In this document: positions 36,855-45,652 of the stretch, piece after piece | Layout of the letters: each line of letters begins with the position of its first letter | How positions within the stretch are numbered: the stretch's first letter is position 1 | Source: Desulfurivibrionaceae bacterium | GTDB lineage: Bacteria; Desulfobacterota; Desulfobulbia; Desulfobulbales; SURF-16 | Assembly (NCBI GenBank): GCA_031581485.1 | Contig: JAVLBA010000004.1 | Span: 3,741 to 67,740, forward strand | DNA length: 64,000 bases | Direction of reading: 5' to 3' | Translations under genes and position numbers: made by a program | The notes under the pieces: model-generated | What the model saw: only the letters and a program-made list of their open reading frames with translations | Database searches by the model: none | Told to the model about the DNA's origin: nothing

Positions 36855-36952
36855 TTACCGCTTGCTATTGATCAGGTCATTGAGCATCTCATCCGTGGTG
36901 GTGATGATCTTATCCAGCAGGAGGTCAGGGGCACATCCTACCTTGAGCTGGA
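36855..36952. other. Chimeric relic: copy of the flgE 3' end joined to a copy of the CooC-like 3' region
   Basis: 36855-36911 matches flgE 37138-37194 in 55 of 57 positions and begins exactly at the stop codon. 36909-36952 matches 36574-36617 in 38 of 44 positions. The two pieces share the 3 nt CTT at the joint. Confidence 0.85.
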
Positions 36953-36984
36953 ATTGGTTTAACCACTCCAGCTTCCATAAAAAA

Positions 36985-37046
36985 CACAAAGGCACAAAGA
37001 CACAGAGAATTTTTTTAGCATCTCTTTGTGTCTTTGTGCCTTTGTG
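36985..37046. repeat. CACAAAG-type hairpin, paralogous in architecture to 36714..36780
   Basis: CACAAAGGCACAAAGACACAGAGA pairs with TCTCTTTGTGTCTTTGTGCCTTTGTG (stem of about 24 bp with a 2-nt bulge, 12-nt loop). Confidence 0.75.
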
Positions 37047-37058
37047 GTGACGAGCAAA

Positions 37059-37094
37059 AGCACCCACCTACGGATTCATCCCAGGTGGGTGCTT
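37059..37094. terminator. Intrinsic terminator after flgE
   Basis: GCACCCACCT...AGGTGGGTGC stem with flanking A and T runs. Confidence 0.7.
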
Positions 37095-37137
37095 TTATTT
37101 CCAACTACTGATAACAGCCATCAGCTGTCCAGTTTTT

Positions 37138-39522
37138 TTACCGCTTGATATTGATCAGGTCGTTGAGCATCTCATCCGTGGTGGTGATGATCTTGGAGTT
37201 GGCCTGGAAGCCGCGCTGCACCGTGATCAGCTTGACAAACTCCACCCCCAGATCCACGTTGGACTGCTCCAGGGCGTTGGGGGCGATGCTGCCCAGACCA
37301 TTGTCGCCGGGGGCGCCGGTGGTGGGGGCGCCGGAGGTGGTGGTCTCGGTGAAGATATTGCCGCCGTTTTTAAAGAGGCCAGTGGGGTTATTAAAGGAAG
37401 CCAGGGCCACCTGCACCTTCTCGATAACCTGGCCATTGGAATAATGACCGGTGACTACCCCTTCGGTATCCACGGAGACCGACTGCAGGAAGCCGGAGGC
37501 ATAGCCGTCCTGATCCTGGAAGATGGTGGTGGAGGAGTTGGCGTACTGGGTGGTGGACAGGGCCTCGGACTCGAACTTATTGCTCACCGTGTCCCCCATC
37601 TGGCTGCCGTCCTCGGTGCCGACATCAGCGGTATGGATATCGAAGGTTCCCGTTCCCCAGGGCGCCGGCGTCGTGCTCGAATAAGTAATACTGTCCATCG
37701 TTAGAGCACTGGTATAAGATGAACTATCCGCCAGCCAGTCGGTGAGCTGCAGGCGGCCGGCCGGATCGATACGGGCCTCGGCCTGGAAATTGAATTCCAG
37801 AAAATCGAGCATATCCTGCACCGTCCCGGTGGCAACAGGGGCGGCTCCGGACCAGTCCTGCGGTGTCCCTTGTGCCACCGCGGTAAATATCTCCGTGATA
37901 TTTGTCCCATCCCCCATAGTCCCATCAAAGGTGATTTCCTCACCTATTGCAACCGGTAAACCACCTACACTCTCATCATGAACACTGGTCCAGGGCGTCT
38001 GGGCGCTGATGGCCGGGATATCCCCACTGGGCGAGCTTAAAGCCCGGCCAGTGGAGAAGATCTGCGTTTTCGCGGTGGTGATATCAATATTGGCACCAAA
38101 GGGAAGGGCGTCACTAGTAGTGGTAAAGCCGGTGACGGCCAGGGCCGAATCCCCGGCCACGGAATCAGTGAGACGCAGCCCCCCTTTGGCGTCGATTTCG
38201 GCATTGACCCCAAATTCGGCACTCAGCTCATCGAGCAGATCCTGGACCCGCTCCGTGTCAACGACAGTATAGGTAAAATCGACCGGGGCACCGTCATGAT
38301 CATAGCCGGCAAATTCGAATGTATCTCCGTCCAGCATGTTGTTGTTGTTACTGTCATAGACCGAGCTCCACAGGGTGGTGGCGCTCACCACCTCACCGGT
38401 CTGGGGATCACTCAAGGCGCCGCCATCGCTGACCAGGATCTGGGGCTGGGTACTGGTGACGCCGCTGTAGCGGGCCCCCAGGTTGAGGCGCATGGTGGGA
38501 TTGATCACCGGGGGATTGGCGGTATAATCGATGTCCTCGCCGGTGAAGTTGGCCGGAAATTCGAAATAGCTGTCATCCGTATCCAGGACAATGCGGTTAT
38601 CGTTTCTGGCCGGATCGACCTGGCCATCGGGTGGAATGCGCCAGGCATCCATCTTGTCGATCTCACCGGAGGTGGTGAACTGGATGGTGCCGTACATGAG
38701 GGCGCCGGCCCCTCTATGCACCGTGTAGTCCATCTTCTCATCCGGGGCGAACTTCTGCTGCTCGTTCTCAGAGAGATTACGCAGATCCTCAGTGGGATCA
38801 GTGGTGACCATGAACTCCCACTCGTTATTGGTGGTGGTCTTGTCAAAATAGACGGTGACATCATGGCTGGCCCCCTGGGAGTCATAGACCTTGATGGCGC
38901 TGGTGTACTCGAACTTGTTGGAGTCGATGGGGGGGGTGGGGGTGGCCAGGGCGGCATTGGTGCCGTTCCAGCTCTCAAAGAGGCGCTCTTCACTGGTCTC
39001 TTCAGTAATACGGGAGTCGAGATTGGCAATCACCTCCACATTGGTGGTGGTGATGGGCGGCGTGGACTTGCCGATATTGAGATCGCCGATGGTGCCTGAG
39101 CGGTCTCCACCGCTATCCAGGGTCCAGCCCTGGGCAAAATAGCCCATGGGGTTCACCAGGTTCCCCTCCAAGTCAAACCGGAACTCACCGGCCCGGGTAT
39201 ACATATCCCCCTCAGTGCTGTCCGCGCCGCGGAGCATGAAAAACCCCTGGCCGCCAATGGCCATATCCGTGGGGGTGGAGGAGCTCTCAAAAGAACCCTG
39301 GGCAAAGAGGCCGTCCACCGTGGAGAGGGTGACGCCGCGGCCCACCTGGCGGGAGCCGGAAGCGGTGGAGACCGACTGGGACAAGACATCCTGAAAGGTG
39401 GCCCGGCTTGACTTGTAGGCCACGGTATTGACATTGGCGACGTTATCACCCAATACGGACATGGCATTGCCCATGGTGGAGAGACCGGAGATACTTGAGT
39501 AGAGTGAACTTGAAATGGACAT
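37138..39522 (-). CDS. flgE: Flagellar hook protein FlgE, long form (794 aa)
   Basis: I take the start at MSISSSLYSSISGLSTMG (39522), preceded by GGGAGGAAG. The N- and C-terminal rod/hook segments are conserved (ANVNT...; NVDLGVEFVKLITVQRGFQANSKIITTTDEML). A large central insert is present. Confidence 0.9.
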   Translation of the reverse strand: MSISSSLYSSISGLSTMGNAMSVLGDNVANVNTVAYKSSRATFQDVLSQSVSTASGSRQVGRGVTLSTVDGLFAQGSFESSSTPTDMAIGGQGFFMLRGADSTEGDMYTRAGEFRFDLEGNLVNPMGYFAQGWTLDSGGDRSGTIGDLNIGKSTPPITTTNVEVIANLDSRITEETSEERLFESWNGTNAALATPTPPIDSNKFEYTSAIKVYDSQGASHDVTVYFDKTTTNNEWEFMVTTDPTEDLRNLSENEQQKFAPDEKMDYTVHRGAGALMYGTIQFTTSGEIDKMDAWRIPPDGQVDPARNDNRIVLDTDDSYFEFPANFTGEDIDYTANPPVINPTMRLNLGARYSGVTSTQPQILVSDGGALSDPQTGEVVSATTLWSSVYDSNNNNMLDGDTFEFAGYDHDGAPVDFTYTVVDTERVQDLLDELSAEFGVNAEIDAKGGLRLTDSVAGDSALAVTGFTTTSDALPFGANIDITTAKTQIFSTGRALSSPSGDIPAISAQTPWTSVHDESVGGLPVAIGEEITFDGTMGDGTNITEIFTAVAQGTPQDWSGAAPVATGTVQDMLDFLEFNFQAEARIDPAGRLQLTDWLADSSSYTSALTMDSITYSSTTPAPWGTGTFDIHTADVGTEDGSQMGDTVSNKFESEALSTTQYANSSTTIFQDQDGYASGFLQSVSVDTEGVVTGHYSNGQVIEKVQVALASFNNPTGLFKNGGNIFTETTTSGAPTTGAPGDNGLGSIAPNALEQSNVDLGVEFVKLITVQRGFQANSKIITTTDEMLNDLINIKR

Positions 39523-39662
39523 TATGCTTCCTCCCTTTGCAGGATATTGCGGACCGTGTGCAGCCCAGCCAGACTTTTTAGCGTTCTTTTTTCTATATCT
39601 TTTTAAGAAGTACAGAGCCGGCCTCATCACTGCCCTTGCCGACCTGCGCCTCCTGCTCTTGT

Positions 39663-40325
39663 TTAAATCACCCCGGCCACAGCGCCCACACTGGTGGGCA
39701 CATGATGATCAAGGACCAAGAGGGCGGTGCCGCTCTCGTAATCAATGCCGGTCACCCTGCCGCTGGCCTTGTAATCAGCGGCGATCTGCTGGCCTGCCTT
39801 ATCATAGGCCTTGACATCGAAGCTATATGCGCCGTCCTCCACCTTCCTATCGAGCATGTCCGTACCATCCCACTCCACCGGATGAATGCCCCTGGAAATC
39901 CTGCCGAGATCAACGATCTTCACCAGCCGGTCGGCGGCATCGCGGATCTCCAGGACGGCCATGTCGGCATCCTGCTGCAGGTTGAACTCACCTCCCCCGA
40001 TCTCCTCGCCGTTTACCCCGATACTCTTGCCGAAAACCTGTACATCCTTATCCAGGAGAGAAAGAAGCTGCAGGTTATTCTGCGAAGTCTGGTATTCCAG
40101 AAGCTGATCCATACTGTCCGCCATCTGCATGGTGGCCTCCATGTTGGAAAAATCAGCAAGCTGGGTGGCCATCTGGCTGCTGTCCATGGGCTCCATGGGG
40201 TCCTGGTGCTGGAGCTGGGTAATAAAGAGGGTCATGAAATCGTCGGAATCAAGCTCCTGTTTGCCCACCGGTTTGAAGAGGGGATCGGCCTGGGCCTGGG
40301 GAATGCCTATGGTTGAGGTTTCCAT
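39663..40325 (-). CDS. flgD: Flagellar hook capping/assembly protein FlgD
   Basis: 220 aa (DFMTLFITQLQHQDPMEPMD). Confidence 0.9.
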   Translation of the reverse strand: METSTIGIPQAQADPLFKPVGKQELDSDDFMTLFITQLQHQDPMEPMDSSQMATQLADFSNMEATMQMADSMDQLLEYQTSQNNLQLLSLLDKDVQVFGKSIGVNGEEIGGGEFNLQQDADMAVLEIRDAADRLVKIVDLGRISRGIHPVEWDGTDMLDRKVEDGAYSFDVKAYDKAGQQIAADYKASGRVTGIDYESGTALLVLDHHVPTSVGAVAGVI

Positions 40326-40372
40326 TTTTTTCTGCCTCGCGTTACTGTTGAAATGAGAAGGGGTTTATCCTG

Positions 40373-42124
40373 TTAGACAAAGAGGCTGACCCCTTCTTCC
40401 TGATTGACATATTGTCGAGCATAATAAAGGCCATCCCCGGCAATATCCCCCAGATTCTGGGCCTGCAGCCGCTCACCGCTCCAGGCCATTTCAAAATGTT
40501 GCCAGGTCCCGGGATCCTCCTGATCCTCACCCACGGAGACATTGACATCACTGAGGGAAAAGCCCTTACTTTCCATGTTGTGGCGGAACTCTTCCATGGA
40601 GCCTTCCAGGGTCTCCTTGACCTTGCTGTTGGCCATGGTAAAGGAGACGGAGATCATCTCATTGCGGAGGGAAAGGTCCACCTTGACCTCGCCAAGCTCT
40701 GCCGGATGCAGCCTGAGGACCATATGCTGCTCGCCGCTCTTCATGCCCCGGGCCACGGCCAGAGAGAGCTGGTTTAAAATCTGCTGTTGCTGCTGAACAG
40801 GAAAATGACGAACAGGCTGGGGCAGCTCAACGGGCTTGGCAATAGTCTGATCCGCCGCTGTTTGGCCGGCGGTCATGCCATCCTGACGAGGCAGGGCAAA
40901 TTCTTCCCTGCTGCCGCCACCCAGGTTTTCCACCACCTGATTGTTTTTGGTGAAGAGAGCCGCTGGCTGCTCTTTACCTCCCTCTCCGGCTTGTCCCCGG
41001 CCCTCCTCCCCTTGGGCAACGATGCCGGCGAGCCATTTCTGGATATCACCCTGCCGCTGCTCCTCCTCGGCCCCCATTCCTTCTTCATAGCGGAGGCGGG
41101 CCTGATTATACATCTGCAGGAGATCTTCATAGGCCTCACCCAGGGATCCCTGTACCACCGGGCTGAAGCCCACCGATTGATCCGCAAAAGTGGCCTGTTT
41201 CATCACCTCTTCCAGACTGCCCAGAAACCTGGGCAGATCGAGCTGGTGCTGGGCAGCCTTGGCCTGAGCCACCGTCTCCTTCAGCAGGGATTGCAGGCGC
41301 TCAAAACCGACCACCAGCTCTTGGCCAAAAACCCGCTCCGGCAACAGCTCAAGCTGCCCCCCCAGTGAGACCCCTGCCTTGCCGAGCAGGGCCTGGAGCT
41401 GTTCCGCCTCCCAGGGCGACAGGGCAATGGCCTGCAGATTCTTAAGATCAACGGGCACCTCCTCCAGGGCCTGGCCAAGAAGGGCAAGATCAAGTTCGCC
41501 GCCGCCTTCCACCGCCTGCGAGGATATCTGGGCCAGCTGTTCAGGATTGAGGCCCATCTTGGCCAGCAATGCCTCCAGCATGGGCAACTCGGTTTCCGGC
41601 ACCACAATGGCGGGATTCACCTGGTAGCCATCAAAATGATGAATCAGGGCCTGCAGGAAGGCGTCCAGATCGAGCTCACTGTTTTTCGCCTGAAACTGTT
41701 CCACCAGGGCTGTGAGATCGGCCTCGCTCATGCCGGCCTGCCGGGCAAGATCGGCAACAATTTCCGCCTCAGGCAGGGCCACGGTCCACTCCCCCGGAAC
41801 CAATGTTTTCTCCTGCGCCACCTGCTGCAGGTCCTGAAGAAAAAGGCTCAGAGTGTGCAGATCACCCTGATCCTGGCTGATCTTCTCATCTTCAGGCCCT
41901 CTGCTTTTCGCCGCCTCCCGGCCGGCCTCCGCCTGCGCAGAAGGGGCGGACCGCTCCAGAGCGCCTCTTACCCCCAGCTGATCTTCCCGGCGCTGCTGGC
42001 CGGCATGAAGACGGCGATCAAGATGATCGGAAAATTTTTGACCTGTCTTTTCCGAACCTCGCGTCCGATCAACAGAAAGCTCTTTGCCCGCCACCGGCAG
42101 CAGTGGATTGATGATATTTGACAC
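40373..42124 (-). CDS. fliK: Flagellar hook-length control protein FliK
   Basis: It has a C-terminal Flg_hook-type domain (LRLHPAELGEVKVDLSL...). I moved the start to GTG 42124 (AAGGGAGA, 7 nt, GTG), because the track start at 42223 lies on top of the sigma-54 promoter match. Confidence 0.75.
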   Translation of the reverse strand: MSNIINPLLPVAGKELSVDRTRGSEKTGQKFSDHLDRRLHAGQQRREDQLGVRGALERSAPSAQAEAGREAAKSRGPEDEKISQDQGDLHTLSLFLQDLQQVAQEKTLVPGEWTVALPEAEIVADLARQAGMSEADLTALVEQFQAKNSELDLDAFLQALIHHFDGYQVNPAIVVPETELPMLEALLAKMGLNPEQLAQISSQAVEGGGELDLALLGQALEEVPVDLKNLQAIALSPWEAEQLQALLGKAGVSLGGQLELLPERVFGQELVVGFERLQSLLKETVAQAKAAQHQLDLPRFLGSLEEVMKQATFADQSVGFSPVVQGSLGEAYEDLLQMYNQARLRYEEGMGAEEEQRQGDIQKWLAGIVAQGEEGRGQAGEGGKEQPAALFTKNNQVVENLGGGSREEFALPRQDGMTAGQTAADQTIAKPVELPQPVRHFPVQQQQQILNQLSLAVARGMKSGEQHMVLRLHPAELGEVKVDLSLRNEMISVSFTMANSKVKETLEGSMEEFRHNMESKGFSLSDVNVSVGEDQEDPGTWQHFEMAWSGERLQAQNLGDIAGDGLYYARQYVNQEEGVSLFV

Positions 42125-42206
42125 AGGTGTTCTCCCTTGTTGGCACATTGCCCAGGGCACCACCCGGGTATGTTTTTCCCTGGTGCCCTCTATTGGCTCT
42201 TTAGAG

Positions 42207-42222
42207 AGCAACGGCTGTGCCA
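42207..42222 (-). promoter_or_regulatory. Sigma-54 promoter match upstream of fliK-flgD-flgE
   Basis: The minus strand reads TGGCACAGCCGTTGCT, which fits TGGCAC-N5-TTGCW exactly. Confidence 0.6.
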
Positions 42223-42454
42223 AACCAGGAAATCTCCAGCTTTTAAAAAAAATATTCAGCTTTTATGACGAATTTACAAGGAGATACAGTGCACTGTTTT
42301 TCACCAGAAATTGCCTGCAGAGCGGCCCGCCAGGGGCAATAGGCAAGATTTACCGGGTAGTGCTCGAGATAATAAGGAGAAGGGCAAGGGCAGAGATTGC
42401 CCTTAGCAGAGGGGAGCTGCTCCCTGCTGACAGAGCTGGTGGGCAAGCAGACCA

Positions 42455-42495
42455 CCCCAGAGAGATAGAGATAGCTCTCTGGGGTAATTTTTTTT
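42455..42495 (+). terminator. Canonical intrinsic terminator oriented for a plus-strand transcript
   Basis: CCCCAGAGAG, 10-nt loop, CTCTCTGGGG, then TAA and T8 on the plus strand. No U tract follows on the minus-sense RNA. Confidence 0.6.
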
Positions 42496-42517
42496 GGGGA
42501 GGGAGGGAGGAAAAGGG

Positions 42518-43036
42518 TTACTGAGAAGATTCGCTGATGCGGCCCAGCAAAAGGCTGACCCGCACGGCCTTGGTCGGTTCAAGCTTGGGAATGATTTTTC
42601 CGGTCAGCTCATTTTTCATGGCCCGCAATATTTTTGCAACATGGGCATCTTCCATCTGGTTCAAAAGGGGCGCCAGCTTGGAGGCACTCATGGTGGCATA
42701 GACCTTGATCAAATTTTTAAACTCCTGATCCTGCTCGGTCCGAATCTCCACCAGTTTTGCCGTAATGACCTCCTGCAAAGCAAGCAATTCAGCAACCTTA
42801 GCGTCAACATCCTGCTCCATCAGGTCGAGATTCCGCTCGCGCCGGGCAAGAGCCTTTTCCCTGGCCGCCACCGCCTCCTCCCGCGCCTTCAGGGAGGAGG
42901 AAAAATTGGCCTCTGCAGGGGAGGCCTTTACCGGCCTATCTGCGCTCTGTACCGGCGTGCTCAAGGTGAGGGCCGCCAGGACAAGCAGGGTAATTTTCAT
43001 CATCTTTTTCATGTCAACCACGTACATTTTGGGCAA
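42518..43036 (-). CDS. YlxF/MotE-like flagellar protein (MgtE_N-like domain) with a signal peptide
   Basis: 172 aa with signal MKKMMKITLLVLAALTLSTPVQSA. Its position between fliJ and fliK matches other fla operons. The start may be 43012. Confidence 0.65.
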   Translation of the reverse strand: MPKMYVVDMKKMMKITLLVLAALTLSTPVQSADRPVKASPAEANFSSSLKAREEAVAAREKALARRERNLDLMEQDVDAKVAELLALQEVITAKLVEIRTEQDQEFKNLIKVYATMSASKLAPLLNQMEDAHVAKILRAMKNELTGKIIPKLEPTKAVRVSLLLGRISESSQ

Positions 43037-43486
43037 TCATTGGAGCGGGCGACCATAGCGCAGAACCGCCATCTCATCACTTTCATTCTGCTCTTTTTTG
43101 CGCTCCGCCAGCAGATATCTCTCCTGATCCCTTTTGCGGACCATCTCAATGATCTTCCGCTCCTTAACGGTGGCAGCCAATTTTTGCCGGGCCCGCTCCA
43201 CCACCTGCTTCTGACTGGCAATGGTATTTTCCAGGATCTTGATGAGTACCTCTCTGGAACGGACAGCCTCCATGTAAAACTGCACCAGGGAGCCGGTCAC
43301 CTTTTTCTCTTCCTTCCTGGTGAGAGAGGCGATCATCTCCAGCCGTTCCGCGCGGCGCTCTGCCAGGCGGTCCAGATGCTTCTGGAGAATTTTCTGTTGC
43401 CGGCCCAGAGTGAGCTGGGCCAGCTCCTCTTCGTTGCGGCGGATGGTTTCCACGGCCTGCAGGCGAAAATGAAACATATTCTCCAT
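43037..43486 (-). CDS. fliJ: Flagellar export chaperone FliJ
   Basis: 149 aa, coiled-coil, immediately downstream of fliI. Confidence 0.8.
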   Translation of the reverse strand: MENMFHFRLQAVETIRRNEEELAQLTLGRQQKILQKHLDRLAERRAERLEMIASLTRKEEKKVTGSLVQFYMEAVRSREVLIKILENTIASQKQVVERARQKLAATVKERKIIEMVRKRDQERYLLAERKKEQNESDEMAVLRYGRPLQ

Positions 43487-43557
43487 GGAATAAAGAATGC
43501 GGCGGAGTTACAGGAGTTATCTTCTCTACCTTCTCAATCTTCTTTACCCCTTCCTCC

Positions 43558-44865
43558 TCAAATCAAGGTTAAAAGCTGCTGAATGGATTCATCCATGGTG
43601 CTCTTTTTATCAACGGCCTGACAGAGATAATCATTGATGGGGTCAATCAGACCAATGGCCCTGTCGATCTTGGGATTGGAACCCTTGGCGTAGGCCCCGA
43701 TATTGATCAAATCTTCGGATCGGCGGTAGGTGGCCAGTACCTCCAGTAATTCTCTGGCCTTTCTGGCCTGCTCGGCAGAGACAACATCCGTCATGCAGCG
43801 GCTGACACTGCCCAGCACCTCGATGGAGGGGTAATGACCCCGGTGGGCAAGATCGCGGTCAAGGACGATATGGCCATCCACAATGGAACGTACCGCGTCA
43901 CCGATGGGTTCATTCATATCATCACCCTCTACCAGCACCGTATAGATCCCGGTAATACTGCCTTTCCCCACGCAGGTACCGGCCCGCTCCAGCAGTTTGG
44001 GCAACTGGGAAAAGACCGACGGCGTATAGCCCCGGGAGGTGGGAGGCTCGCCAATGGCCAGCCCCACCTCCCGGCTTGACATGGCGAAGCGGGTCACGGA
44101 ATCCATCATCAGGATGACGTCCCGGCTCTGATCACGGAAATATTCAGAAATGGACATGGCCATATAGGCCCCGCGCATGCGCACCAGGGGCGGCTGATCT
44201 GAGGTGGCCACCACCACCACCGACCTGGCCAGCCCTTCCGGCCCCAGATCGCGTTCAATAAAATCCCGCAGTTCCCGGCCGCGCTCGCCGATAAGGGCGA
44301 TCACCGAGACATCCGCCGCGGTATTTTTGGCAATCATGCCCAGCAGGGTGGACTTGCCCACCCCGGAGCCGGCCATGATGCCGATGCGCTGGCCCTTGCC
44401 CAGGGTGAGCAGGCCGTTGATGGCCCGCACCCCGACATCAATGGGCTCCAGGATCCGCTCCCGGGCCATGGGATTTAAGGGCTCAGCATAGAGGGGATAA
44501 TCCTGCTCAACCTGGAGAGGGCCTTTGCCATCCATGGGACGGCCCATGCCGTCAATAACACGGCCCAGCAGGCCGTTCCCCACCGGCACCCGGGCCTGGC
44601 CGCCCACCATCCGAATGGCACTGCCCGGCTCCACCCCCCGCATTTCCCCCAGAGGCATGAGCAGCACCTTGCCCTCCCGGAAGCCCACTACCTCGGCCGG
44701 GATAGTACTGGCGCCCTTGAAGAGATCCACCTCACACATGGAGCCCACGGAAATCCCCGGGCCCTGGGACTCGATAACCATACCGATAACCTGGCTCACC
44801 CGGCCGAGAATGGTGGCGGTTTCCGTGGTTTGGGCCGTTTTTATGCTGGAGGAGAGATCGAGCAT
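43558..44865 (-). CDS. fliI: Flagellum-specific ATPase FliI
   Basis: I take the start at MLDLSSSIK (44865), 1 nt after the fliH stop. Walker A is GSGVGKST. Confidence 0.95.
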   Translation of the reverse strand: MLDLSSSIKTAQTTETATILGRVSQVIGMVIESQGPGISVGSMCEVDLFKGASTIPAEVVGFREGKVLLMPLGEMRGVEPGSAIRMVGGQARVPVGNGLLGRVIDGMGRPMDGKGPLQVEQDYPLYAEPLNPMARERILEPIDVGVRAINGLLTLGKGQRIGIMAGSGVGKSTLLGMIAKNTAADVSVIALIGERGRELRDFIERDLGPEGLARSVVVVATSDQPPLVRMRGAYMAMSISEYFRDQSRDVILMMDSVTRFAMSSREVGLAIGEPPTSRGYTPSVFSQLPKLLERAGTCVGKGSITGIYTVLVEGDDMNEPIGDAVRSIVDGHIVLDRDLAHRGHYPSIEVLGSVSRCMTDVVSAEQARKARELLEVLATYRRSEDLINIGAYAKGSNPKIDRAIGLIDPINDYLCQAVDKKSTMDESIQQLLTLI

Positions 44866-44866
44866 A

Positions 44867-45652
44867 TCAAGAGTGCAGATCAGGGTCGGAAGATGAATCC
44901 GGCAGCCCTGATCCTGCAGAGGGCTCCTCGTCTGTCTCGGCAAGGGCAGCCAGAAAGGAGTGTTCAACCGCCTTCAGGAGCTTTGCCTTGCATTTTTCCA
45001 GGGTGACGTCAATCTCCCCGAAGGAGGTTTTCAGCAGGCAGCCCCCCTGGCTGATGGCCTGGTCCTCCATGAGCTCCACCTGTTCGGCGTTGTCAAGAAA
45101 AAGCGGATCCGCCACCACGGCATCCTTGATCCGCAGAAAATCATCCGGATGCAGATGGGCCACCACCTGGGAATTGTCCACCACATATTGCAGGGCCTTG
45201 TGCAGGCATTTTTCAATGACCCGGTAATTAACAGAGACCTCATGATTAACCAGCTGCTCCACCATGGCAACCACCAGCTGAAAAATATCCTTTTCATAAA
45301 GGGCGCCGATACGCTGACGCTCCACCTTCAGCGTCGCAATAACCTGGGCAGCCTGGCTTATTTTCCCGGCCAGGGCCTCTTCGCCGGCCCGCCGCCCCTC
45401 TTCTTCACCTTTCGCAAAACCCCGGTCACAGGCCTCCTTTTCCAGGGCAGCAACCCGGGCCTCGGCCTCTGCAACAAGATGCCGGGCCTGGGCCTTGGCC
45501 TGGTCAAGCTCCTGACGGGCAACCTCAAGAAAATCTCGAGCCTGGCCCCCCTCTCCGCCGGCGTCATCCATCAGAGACTCAAAGGAGATAAAATTCTCTT
45601 CATCATGGGCCGCGCCCAGGTCTTTGAACTCAATGATACTAGACAAATTCAT
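44867..45652 (-). CDS. fliH: Flagellar assembly protein FliH
   Basis: I take the start at MNLSSIIEF (45652). It is Glu/Ala-rich and coiled-coil, then has a FliH C-terminal domain. The start is uncertain because the SD abuts the ATG. Confidence 0.75.
   Translation of the reverse strand: MNLSSIIEFKDLGAAHDEENFISFESLMDDAGGEGGQARDFLEVARQELDQAKAQARHLVAEAEARVAALEKEACDRGFAKGEEEGRRAGEEALAGKISQAAQVIATLKVERQRIGALYEKDIFQLVVAMVEQLVNHEVSVNYRVIEKCLHKALQYVVDNSQVVAHLHPDDFLRIKDAVVADPLFLDNAEQVELMEDQAISQGGCLLKTSFGEIDVTLEKCKAKLLKAVEHSFLAALAETDEEPSAGSGLPDSSSDPDLHS

Noticed and set aside
36855-37067. A 70-aa minus-strand ORF ending in KIITTTDEMLNDLINSKR
   Set aside because: Its C-terminus is the duplicated flgE tail. 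The rest reads through a hairpin and a CooC fragment in antisense, and it has no RBS. I treat it as a by-product of the duplication relic, not a gene.
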